DNA of 64,000 nt, from contig DATJUQ010000027.1 in NCBI GenBank assembly GCA_035502235.1, forward strand, positions 5,555 through 69,554, given 5' to 3'. Under the pieces are notes generated by a model, which worked only from the letters and a program-made list of their open reading frames with translations, was not told the DNA's origin and did no database searches. Origin of the DNA: Allosphingosinicella sp. (GTDB lineage: Bacteria; Pseudomonadota; Alphaproteobacteria; Sphingomonadales; Sphingomonadaceae). Both the position numbers and the translations under genes were made by a program. Shown here in pieces: positions 46,197 to 54,351 of this stretch (position 1 is its first letter; each line of letters opens with the position of its first letter).

Positions 46197-49100
46197 ATGA
46201 AAGCTGAGGGTGCGGCACCTGCCGCTGACCAGCGCCTGTTGGACATCCTTGCCACCCTGCTGCGCGAAGGCGCGCTCCCCGGCGAGCTCGACGATTTCAG
46301 CGCGGAGGAGACGCGCGAGGCCGCGGCCTTCATCGCCGCCTGCGCCGGCAAGCGCCAGCCGGGCAAGGCGCTGGTCCGGCTCGAATCGACCGGCACCGGG
46401 CTCGGCCAGCGGCGGATGCGGATCGGCATCGTCAACGACGACATGCCGTTCCTCGTCGACAGCGTCGGCCAGGCGATCGCCGCGCGCGGCCTGATCATCC
46501 ACCGGATGCTCCATCCCGTGGTCTGCGCGACCCGCGACGACGGCGGCTGCCTCACCGACGTCGAGCCGCTCTGCGAGGACCGCAGCCGCCGGGAATCGAT
46601 CATCTACCTCGAGGTGGACCGCGCCGATTCGAAGGGCCGGCAGGAATTGCAGCAGGAGCTGCAGCGGGTGCTGGACGATGTCCGCGCGGCGGTGACCGAC
46701 TGGCGGGCGATGCAGGCGAACATGCACGCCCAGGCCGACCTGGTCCGCGATCCGGAAGGCCGCGCCTTGCTGCACTGGCTCGCCGACGGGGCGATGACCC
46801 TGCTCGGCTATGAGGTGGAGCGGCCGGGCGAAGTGCCCTCCAACGGGCTCGGCATCATGGGCAAGCCCGGCCAGCCGACCGACGAGGGCGGCTGCGAGGG
46901 CGCGATCCGCTATTTCGAGGAAGGCGGGCAGGAGCCGCTCATCGCCAAGGCCGATCTGCGCTCGCCCGTGCACCGGCGGGTGCCGCTCGACCTGATCGTC
47001 GTGCCCCTGCGCGAGCGCGGCAAGATCACCGGCATCGGCGTCCATGCCGGCCTGTGGACCAGCCAGGCGCTGACCGTGCCGATCGAGGAGGTGCCGGTGC
47101 TTCGGCGCCAGCTCGCCGACCTGGAGAAGGAGTTCGGCTTCGATCCCTCCGGCCATAGCGGCAAGGCGCTGCGCCACGCTTTGGCCTCGCTGCCGCGCGA
47201 CCTGATGGTCAACCTCCGCGCCGAGGAGGTGAAGCAGCTCGTCGCCACCGCCATCTCGCTGGCCGACCGGCCGCGGCCGACGCTCCTGCTCGTCCGCTCG
47301 ATCCTCAAGGGCCATATGTTCGCCTTCGTCTGGCTGCCGCGCGACGAGCTGACCACGCGCCGCCGCGTCGGCATCGGCGAGATGATCGAGCAGGCCTCGG
47401 CGGGCCAGATCACCAGCTGGTCGGTGGATCTGGGCGACGGCGACCTGGCCTTGGTCCGCTACACGCTGAACGTCGACGCCAAGCGGCCGACCCCCGACGT
47501 CAAGGCGCTGGACGCCAAGCTCGACGCCATGGTGCGCGGCTGGGCGCCGAGCGTCGAGGAGGCGCTCGGCGAGATTGTCGGCGCGACCCGCGCCACGCGG
47601 CTTTCGCTCACCTATCTGCACGAACTGCCCGAAGGCTATCGCATCCGCACCGCCGCCGAGGATGCGGCGCGCGACGTGGTCTGCCTGTCGGGGCTCGAGG
47701 ACCAGGGCCGGCGCGACGTGCGCCTGTTCCGCCGCGAGAGCGACGGCGAGGACCGGCTGCATCTGAAGACCTACCGGCTGGGCGGGATCATCCCGCTCTC
47801 CGAGGCGGTGCCGGTGTTCGAGAATTTCGGCTTCCGCGTGCTCGACGAGGTGCCGACGCCGGTCGGGCGCGGCGGCAGCATCGGCTATGTCCACGATTTC
47901 GAGCTGCAGATGGCGAGCGGCGACGCCGCCTCCGTGCTGAAGCGCGGGCCGATCGTCGAGCGGGCGATCGCCGACGTGCTCGAGGGCAAGGGCGAGAACG
48001 ATCCGTTCAACCAGCTGATCGTCGCCGCCGGCCTGGAGCCGCGCGAGGCGGTGCTGTTCCGCGCCTGGTTCCGCTATCTGCGCCAGACCGGCCTGTCCTA
48101 TTCGCAGGTCACCGTGGTCGACGCGCTGCGCCGGGCGCCCGAAGTGGCGCGCGGCCTGATCGCCCTGTTCGACGCGATGCACGATCCCGCGACCAAAAGC
48201 GACCGGGAGGAGGCGGTCGCCGCCGCCCAGAAGAAGATCGACAAGGGCCTGGCCAATGTCGCGGCGATCGACGAGGACCGCATCCTGCGCCTGATCCGCG
48301 GCGTGATCGCGGCCACGTTGCGGACCAACGCCTTCGCCCCGTCCGGCGAGGAGGCGCTCGCCTTCAAGCTGGACAGCGCCGCCGTGCCCGGCCTGCCGGC
48401 GCCGCTGCCCTGGCGCGAGATCTGGGTCTATTCGCCGCGGCTCGAGGGCATCCACCTGCGCGGCGGCCCGATCGCCCGCGGCGGCCTCAGATGGTCCGAC
48501 CGGCGCGACGATTTCCGCACCGAGATCCTCGGCCTGATGAAGGCGCAGCTGGTCAAGAACGCCGTGATCGTGCCGACCGGCGCCAAGGGCGGCTTCTATC
48601 CCAAGCAGCTGCCGCCGGCCTCCAACCGCGACGCCTGGTTCGCCGAAGGCACGGAAAGCTACCGGACCTTCATCCGCGCTTTGCTCTCGGTCACCGACAA
48701 TATCGTCGGCCAGAAGGTCGTCCATCCGGAGGGGATCACGATCCGCGACGGCGACGATCCCTATTTCGTCGTCGCCGCCGACAAGGGCACGGCGACCTTC
48801 TCCGACGTCGCCAATGCGATCGCCATCGAGCGCAAATTCTGGCTCGGCGACGCCTTCGCGTCCGGCGGCTCCAACGGCTACGACCACAAGGCGATGGGGA
48901 TCACCGCCAAGGGCGCCTGGGTCTCCGTGCAGCGCCACTTCCGCGAGCTGGGCGTGGACGTGCAGAAGGAGCCGATCCGCGTCGCCGGCGTCGGCGACAT
49001 GTCGGGCGACGTCTTCGGCAACGGCATGCTGCTCTCCAAGGCGATCAAATTGGTCGCCGCCTTCGACCATCGCCACATCTTCCTCGATCCCGATCCGGAT

Positions 49101-50852
49101 CCGGCGGCGAGCTGGAAGGAGCGCAAGCGCATGTTCCAGCTGCCGCGCTCCTCCTGGGCCGATTACGACACGAAACTGATCTCCAAGGGCGGCGGCGTCT
49201 TCCCGCGCAGCCAGAAGTCGATCCCGCTGTCCGCCGAGGTGCGGGCGTTGCTCGGCATCGACGCGGCGGAGATCGAGCCGGCGGCCCTGATCCGCGCCAT
49301 CCTGCTGAGCGAGGCGGACCTGCTCTGGTTCGGCGGCATCGGCACCTATGTGAAGGCGCGGGGCGAGAGCCAGCAGGAGGTGGGCGATCCCTCCAACGAC
49401 GCGATCCGGGTCAATGCGGCGGAGCTGCGCGTGAAGGCGATCGGCGAGGGCGCCAATCTCGGCATCACCCAGGCCGCGCGCATCGAGTTCAGCGCGGGCG
49501 GCGGCCGGATCAACACCGACTTCATCGACAACAGCGCCGGCGTCGACTGCTCGGACAATGAGGTCAACATCAAGATCCCGCTCAACCGGGAGATGCTGGA
49601 GGGCCGGCTCGAACTGGAGGCGCGCAACGCCCTTCTCGCCGAGATGACCGACGAGGTCGGCGCGCTCGTGCTCGAGGACAATCGCCTGCAGACGCTGGCG
49701 CTCTCCATCGCCGAGCGGGGCGGCGCCTCCGCGCTGCCGCAGCTCGTCCGCGTGATCGAGATCCTCGAGGAAAGCGGCAAGCTCAACCGCGCGGTCGAGG
49801 GGCTCGATTCCAACGAGGACCTGCTCCGCCGCGCCCAGCAGAATCTCGGCCTGACCCGCCCCGAGCTCGCGGTCCTCCTTTCCACCTCGAAGATGCGGCT
49901 GCAGGCGGCGATCGAGGGGTCGAAATGGACCGACGATCCGACCCTGGTCCCCGAGCTGATGGCCGCTTTCCCCAAGGAGATGCAGGAACGGCAAGGCGAG
50001 GCGATCCGCGCCCACCGGCTGAAGAAGGAGATCATCGCGACCAAGGTCGCCAACCGCTTCGTCAACCGGCTCGGCATCATCGCCCCCTTCTCGCTGACCG
50101 AGGAGGAGGGCGCCGCCTTCGCCCAGGCCGCGGCCGCCTTCCTCGCCGCCGAGCGCCTGTTCCACATGGACGCGCTCTGGCACGAGCTCGACACGGCCGA
50201 CATGCCCGAGCAGGTCCGCCTCGCGCTGTTCGATCAGGCCTCGACCGGCCTGCAGCTGCACGTCGCGGACCTGCTCCGCTGCACCTCGCCGGACCTCAAT
50301 CCGGGCGAGCTGGTCGATCTGCTCAGCCCGGGCCTCGCCAAGCTCGAGGCGATGGTCGACGATCTGCTGCGCCCGGAAGGCCGCGCCGAGGCGGGCAGCC
50401 TGCGCGCCGGGCTGGACGCGATGGGCGCGCCGGCCGGGATCGCCCGCAAGATCGTTCGGCTGGTGGAGCTGAACGGCGCGGTCGGGCTCGCCATGCTCGG
50501 CCAGAAGCAGAAGACCGACGAGATCCAGCTGACCCGCGCCTACACCAAGCTGGGCGAGGCGCTCGGCCTCGACTGGGCGCAGCATGCCGCCAACAATTTC
50601 CAGGCGCGCGACCAGTGGGAGCGGCTGCTCACCGCCGGCCTCGCCCGGGATTTCGAGCAGCTGCGGCTGGAGTTCCTGGAGCGGCGCAAGTCGGACGATC
50701 CCAAGGCCACGGTCGACAAATGGGTCGCCGAGCAGGGCCCGCGCATCGAGCAGTTCCGCCGCACGGTGGAGCGGGCGCGGACGGCGAGCGTCACCACGGC
50801 GCCGATGCTCGCCCAGATCGCGACCCAGGCCAGGGTGCTGCTGGGGCGGTAG
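46197..50852 (+). CDS. gdhB: NAD-specific glutamate dehydrogenase (large form)
   Basis: 1551 aa; GGLRWSDRRDDFRTEILGLMKAQ.VKN.VIVP.GAKGGF, YFVVAADKGTATFSD, GDMSGDVFGNGML, NTDFIDNSAGVDCSD.EVNIKI. Confidence 0.95.
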   Translation: MKAEGAAPAADQRLLDILATLLREGALPGELDDFSAEETREAAAFIAACAGKRQPGKALVRLESTGTGLGQRRMRIGIVNDDMPFLVDSVGQAIAARGLIIHRMLHPVVCATRDDGGCLTDVEPLCEDRSRRESIIYLEVDRADSKGRQELQQELQRVLDDVRAAVTDWRAMQANMHAQADLVRDPEGRALLHWLADGAMTLLGYEVERPGEVPSNGLGIMGKPGQPTDEGGCEGAIRYFEEGGQEPLIAKADLRSPVHRRVPLDLIVVPLRERGKITGIGVHAGLWTSQALTVPIEEVPVLRRQLADLEKEFGFDPSGHSGKALRHALASLPRDLMVNLRAEEVKQLVATAISLADRPRPTLLLVRSILKGHMFAFVWLPRDELTTRRRVGIGEMIEQASAGQITSWSVDLGDGDLALVRYTLNVDAKRPTPDVKALDAKLDAMVRGWAPSVEEALGEIVGATRATRLSLTYLHELPEGYRIRTAAEDAARDVVCLSGLEDQGRRDVRLFRRESDGEDRLHLKTYRLGGIIPLSEAVPVFENFGFRVLDEVPTPVGRGGSIGYVHDFELQMASGDAASVLKRGPIVERAIADVLEGKGENDPFNQLIVAAGLEPREAVLFRAWFRYLRQTGLSYSQVTVVDALRRAPEVARGLIALFDAMHDPATKSDREEAVAAAQKKIDKGLANVAAIDEDRILRLIRGVIAATLRTNAFAPSGEEALAFKLDSAAVPGLPAPLPWREIWVYSPRLEGIHLRGGPIARGGLRWSDRRDDFRTEILGLMKAQLVKNAVIVPTGAKGGFYPKQLPPASNRDAWFAEGTESYRTFIRALLSVTDNIVGQKVVHPEGITIRDGDDPYFVVAADKGTATFSDVANAIAIERKFWLGDAFASGGSNGYDHKAMGITAKGAWVSVQRHFRELGVDVQKEPIRVAGVGDMSGDVFGNGMLLSKAIKLVAAFDHRHIFLDPDPDPAASWKERKRMFQLPRSSWADYDTKLISKGGGVFPRSQKSIPLSAEVRALLGIDAAEIEPAALIRAILLSEADLLWFGGIGTYVKARGESQQEVGDPSNDAIRVNAAELRVKAIGEGANLGITQAARIEFSAGGGRINTDFIDNSAGVDCSDNEVNIKIPLNREMLEGRLELEARNALLAEMTDEVGALVLEDNRLQTLALSIAERGGASALPQLVRVIEILEESGKLNRAVEGLDSNEDLLRRAQQNLGLTRPELAVLLSTSKMRLQAAIEGSKWTDDPTLVPELMAAFPKEMQERQGEAIRAHRLKKEIIATKVANRFVNRLGIIAPFSLTEEEGAAFAQAAAAFLAAERLFHMDALWHELDTADMPEQVRLALFDQASTGLQLHVADLLRCTSPDLNPGELVDLLSPGLAKLEAMVDDLLRPEGRAEAGSLRAGLDAMGAPAGIARKIVRLVELNGAVGLAMLGQKQKTDEIQLTRAYTKLGEALGLDWAQHAANNFQARDQWERLLTAGLARDFEQLRLEFLERRKSDDPKATVDKWVAEQGPRIEQFRRTVERARTASVTTAPMLAQIATQARVLLGR

Positions 50853-50859
50853 GAGCGCA

Positions 50860-51013
50860 TCCTCCCCTCGCTTTCGAGGGGAGGGGGACCATGCGAAGCA
50901 TGGTGGAGGGGCGGCGCGATGGCGCCGTTTCGTCGCCCGGGTCCGGCTCGCCTTGCTCGCGCCCCTCCACCGCTCTGCGAGCGGTCCCCCTTCCCTGCAA
51001 AGGCAGGGGAGGA
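50860..51013. repeat. REP doublet, family D
   Basis: Lies between the convergent gdhB and VOC genes. Confidence 0.8.
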
Positions 51014-51020
51014 CTTTGGG

Positions 51021-51407
51021 CTAAGGCGGCCCGTCGCCGTAGGGGGTCGTGATGATCTCCAGCAGATGCCCGTCCGGGTCCTCGAAATAGAGGCCGCGGC
51101 CGCCATAATGGGTGTTGATCGCGCCGGGCATGGAGCGGGCGGGATCCGCCCAATGGGGGACGAAGCCGTCCCGGATCCGCGCCCAGGCCGCGTCGAAGAC
51201 CGCATCGTCGACGAGGAAGGCATAATGTTGCGGCGCGATCCTGCCGTCCTTCTGGTAGAAATCGACCGAGACCCTGTTCGCCAGGTCGACGACGAGGAAG
51301 TGGAGGAAGGTCCGCGCCGGCGGCAGGCCCAGGATGCCGGTCAGGAAGGCCGCGGACCGCGCCTTGTCGGAACACCAGATGATCGTGTGATTGAGCTCGA
51401 CCGTCAT
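51021..51407 (-). CDS. VOC/glyoxalase family protein
   Basis: LNHTII...QHYAFLV..AVFD...GGRGLYFEDPDGHLLEIIT. Confidence 0.9.
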   Translation of the reverse strand: MTVELNHTIIWCSDKARSAAFLTGILGLPPARTFLHFLVVDLANRVSVDFYQKDGRIAPQHYAFLVDDAVFDAAWARIRDGFVPHWADPARSMPGAINTHYGGRGLYFEDPDGHLLEIITTPYGDGPP

Positions 51408-51625
51408 CGCGCCCGCGCCCGTTCGAACAGCCAGACCCGGATCGTGCTGGCGAGATTGGCGGGCGAACGCGCCGTCACCCGCTCCGCGTCCAGCCGCGCC
51501 ACCAGCGCGTTCAGCGGCAATTCCTCTTCCTCCGCCGCGCGCCGCAGCGCGTCCCAGAAGACCGGCTCCAGGCTGATCGAGGTCGCATGCCCCGCGATCA
51601 TGATCGAGCGCTTCACCGGTCCCAT
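51404..51625 (-). CDS. Ribbon-helix-helix (RHH_4) protein
   Basis: KRSIMIAGHATSISLEPVFW..L...NLASTIRVWL. Confidence 0.88.
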   Translation of the reverse strand: MGPVKRSIMIAGHATSISLEPVFWDALRRAAEEEELPLNALVARLDAERVTARSPANLASTIRVWLFERARAR

Positions 51626-51690
51626 AATCGCTCGGGATACACGATTTTTTCGGGGTGGAGGAGCGCGGCCGCGCTTTCTAGACAGGACGC

Positions 51691-52440
51691 ATGTCGGACC
51701 TGTCCCGGACGCTGACCGAAAAGGAGAAGGAGACGCTCCGCCTGATGGGGCGCGGCCATGACGCCAAGTCGCTGGCGCGCCATCTCGGCCTTTCGGTCCA
51801 CACCGTCAACGAGCGGCTCCGCGCGGCGCGGCGGAAACTCTCGGCGTCGAGCAGCCGCGAGGCGGCGCGGCGGCTGCTCGACAGCGAAGGCGCGGGCCCC
51901 GATTTTCTGGGGGACAGACTTTTGGGGGAAGCGGCGGCGGCGTCGTCACCGGCAAATGGCGGAGAGGCGGCCGACAGGAGGCGGGCATTCCGTTCGCCAT
52001 GGCTCGCCGCAGGAGTCGTCATGTCACTGATCGTTGCACTCGCCGCGCTCGCCCTCCAGCCGCAGCCCGCGTCGACGCCCGCCCAGGGCGCGGCCGCCAC
52101 GACCCCCGCCCAGGCCGAGGCCGTGCGCACGGCGCGCGACTGGCTGGCGAGCGTCGATGCCGGCCGCTGGGAGGAAAGCTGGCGCGCCACGGGCGACTCG
52201 TTCCGCGCGCTCAACACGGTCCAGGCCTGGACGGAGGCGTCCCGGCAGGGCCGGGTCCCGCTCGGGGCGATGGTCGCGCGGGCGGACCTGTCGCAAGAAT
52301 CGGTGCCGGCGCCGCCCGCCGGCCTCGAAATGGTGAAGTTCCGCACCCGCTTCGCGAACCGGGCCGAGGCGACGGAGACGCTCACCCTGGTCCGCGAGGG
52401 GCAGGCGTGGCGCGTGGTCGGTTACTGGATCAGCTGGTGA
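51691..52440 (+). CDS. LuxR-type HTH + TM + DUF4019-like periplasmic domain
   Basis: LTEKEKETLRL...AKS.A..LGLSVHTVNERLR.ARRKL; TM; WL..VDAGRW..SW...F.T.FANR...TETLTL..E...WRVVGY.I. Confidence 0.8.
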   Translation: MSDLSRTLTEKEKETLRLMGRGHDAKSLARHLGLSVHTVNERLRAARRKLSASSSREAARRLLDSEGAGPDFLGDRLLGEAAAASSPANGGEAADRRRAFRSPWLAAGVVMSLIVALAALALQPQPASTPAQGAAATTPAQAEAVRTARDWLASVDAGRWEESWRATGDSFRALNTVQAWTEASRQGRVPLGAMVARADLSQESVPAPPAGLEMVKFRTRFANRAEATETLTLVREGQAWRVVGYWISW

Positions 52441-52445
52441 CGGAT

Positions 52446-52577
52446 AGGGACTGGGGACTGGGGACTGGGGACTGGGGACTTGGGACTAGGGACTAGGGAC
52501 TAGGGACTAGGGACTAGGGACTAGGGACTAGGTATTGGCGCGGTCTTGCCAGTCCCCAGTCCCCAGTCCCCAGTCCC
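52446..52577. repeat. Heptamer tandem array (D)GGGACT x12 followed by an inverted AGTCCCC x4 array
   Basis: Counted directly: units at 52446-52529; reverse units at 52551-52577. Confidence 0.95.
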
Positions 52578-52583
52578 GACGCC

Positions 52584-53306
52584 TCAATACATATGCTGGC
52601 CGCCGTTGATCGACAGCGTGCTCCCGGTGATGAACCCGCCCTCCTCGGCGCAGAGGAAGGTGACCCCGCGCGCGATCTCGCTGGCCTGGCCGAGGCGGCC
52701 GACCGGGATCTTGGCGACGATCTTCTCGAGCACGTCCGGCGGCACGGCGGCGACCATGTCCGTGTCGATATAGCCCGGCGCGATCGCGTTGACGGTGATG
52801 CCGGCGCGGGCGCCTTCCTGGGCGAGCGCCTTGGTGAAGCCGTGAATGCCGGACTTGGCGGCGGCATAGTTCACCTGGCCGTATTGGCCGGCCTGGCCGT
52901 TGATCGAGCCGATATTGACGATGCGGCCATATTTGCGGGCGTTCATCCCGTCCCAGACCGCCTTGGCCATGTTGAAGCAGCCGCCCAGGTTGATGTCGAT
53001 CACATCCTCCCAGGCCTGGCGGTTCATCCGCTTCATCGTGCCGTCGCGGGTGACGCCGGCATTGTTGACGAGGATGGCGACCTCGCCGAGTTCGCTCTCG
53101 ATCTGCGCGACGCCGGCCAGGCAGGCGTCGAGATCGGCGACGTCCCATTTGTAGGATTTGATGCCGGTGCGGTCCGTGAACTCGCGCGCCCGTTCCTCAT
53201 TGCCGGCATAATTGGCGGCGACGGTGACGCCCTTTTCCTGGAGCGCGATGCTGATCGCCTCGCCAATGCCGCGTGAGCCGCCGGTAACGATTGCCACCCG
53301 TGCCAT
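52584..53306 (-). CDS. phbB: Acetoacetyl-CoA reductase
   Basis: TGGSRGIG, NNAGVTRD, SINGQAGQYGQVNYAAAKSGIHGFTK, INGGQHMY. Confidence 0.93.
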   Translation of the reverse strand: MARVAIVTGGSRGIGEAISIALQEKGVTVAANYAGNEERAREFTDRTGIKSYKWDVADLDACLAGVAQIESELGEVAILVNNAGVTRDGTMKRMNRQAWEDVIDINLGGCFNMAKAVWDGMNARKYGRIVNIGSINGQAGQYGQVNYAAAKSGIHGFTKALAQEGARAGITVNAIAPGYIDTDMVAAVPPDVLEKIVAKIPVGRLGQASEIARGVTFLCAEEGGFITGSTLSINGGQHMY

Positions 53307-53343
53307 GTGATTCCTCTCCTTTATGCTTTGCTGTGGAGAGGCC

Positions 53344-54351
53344 TTATTCGGCGGGCCGCCAACCTTCAAGTTCGCGGGCCAGCAGAATCCGCAGCATGTT
53401 CATGCCTTCGGCGGATTCGTTGAGGCAGGGCAGATAGGCGAAGTGGGTGCCGCCGGCGGCGAGGAAGGTCTCCCTGCCCCGGATGGCCAGCTCCTCCAGC
53501 GTCTCCAGGCAGTCGGCGGAGAAGCCGGGCGCGACGATGGCGAGCTTGCGGATGCCCTCGCCCGGCAGGGCCTTCAGCATCGTGTCGGTGGCCGGCTCCA
53601 GCCATTTGGCGCGGCCGAAGCGGGACTGGAAGGCGACCTTCAGCTCCCGGCCCAGCGCGTCGGAGAGCAGGCGCGCGGTCTTGCGGCAATGGCAATGATA
53701 GGGATCGCCCAGCGCCAGCGTCCGCTGCGGCATGCCGTGGAAGGAGGCGAGGAGCGCGTCGGGTTCGAAGTCGAGCGCGGCGAGGCTCGTCCGGAGCGAG
53801 GCCGCGAGCGCACCGATATAGGCCGGATCGTCATGATAAGGCGGCAAGGTGCGCACCGCGGGGAGCCAGCGCCGGTGGCGCAGATGGCGGAACACCTCGT
53901 CCACCGCGGTCGCCGTCGTCGCCGCGCAATATTGCGGGTAGAGCGGCGCCACCAGGATGCGCTCGCAGCCCCGCGCCTGCAGCGCGTCGAGCCGCTCGGC
54001 GATGGCCGGCCGGCCGTAGCGCATCGCATGATCGACGATCACGTCGGGCCCGAACGCGCCTTGCAGCGCCTCCGCCTGGCGCCGCGTATGGACGGCCAGC
54101 GGCGAGCCCTCCGCCGTCCAGACCTGCCGGTAGGCATGGGCGGATTTCTTCGGCCGCGTGTTGAGGATGATGCCCCTGAGGATCGGCTGCCAGACCAGTT
54201 GCGGGATCTCGACGACGCGCGGATCGGAGAGGAATTCGCGCAGATAGAGCTTCACCGCGCCGGGCTCGGGCGCGTTCGGCGTGCCGAGGTTGATCAGCAG
54301 CACGCCGATCTTGGGCGCCGGAATTTCGGGATGGTCGGGGGGAAGAATCAT
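53344..54351 (-). CDS. hemH: Ferrochelatase
   Basis: GVLLINLGTP, AMRYG.P, PLYPQY, SFHGMP, FQSRFG...WLEP, GF.ADCLETLEE. Confidence 0.95.
   Translation of the reverse strand: MILPPDHPEIPAPKIGVLLINLGTPNAPEPGAVKLYLREFLSDPRVVEIPQLVWQPILRGIILNTRPKKSAHAYRQVWTAEGSPLAVHTRRQAEALQGAFGPDVIVDHAMRYGRPAIAERLDALQARGCERILVAPLYPQYCAATTATAVDEVFRHLRHRRWLPAVRTLPPYHDDPAYIGALAASLRTSLAALDFEPDALLASFHGMPQRTLALGDPYHCHCRKTARLLSDALGRELKVAFQSRFGRAKWLEPATDTMLKALPGEGIRKLAIVAPGFSADCLETLEELAIRGRETFLAAGGTHFAYLPCLNESAEGMNMLRILLARELEGWRPAE

Noticed and set aside
27603-50585. Long opposite-strand ORFs over the permease, TBDR and gdhB (27603..30236 -, 32357..35032 -, 46137..50585 -)
   Set aside because: Typical stop-free reverse frames produced by high GC3 codon bias.
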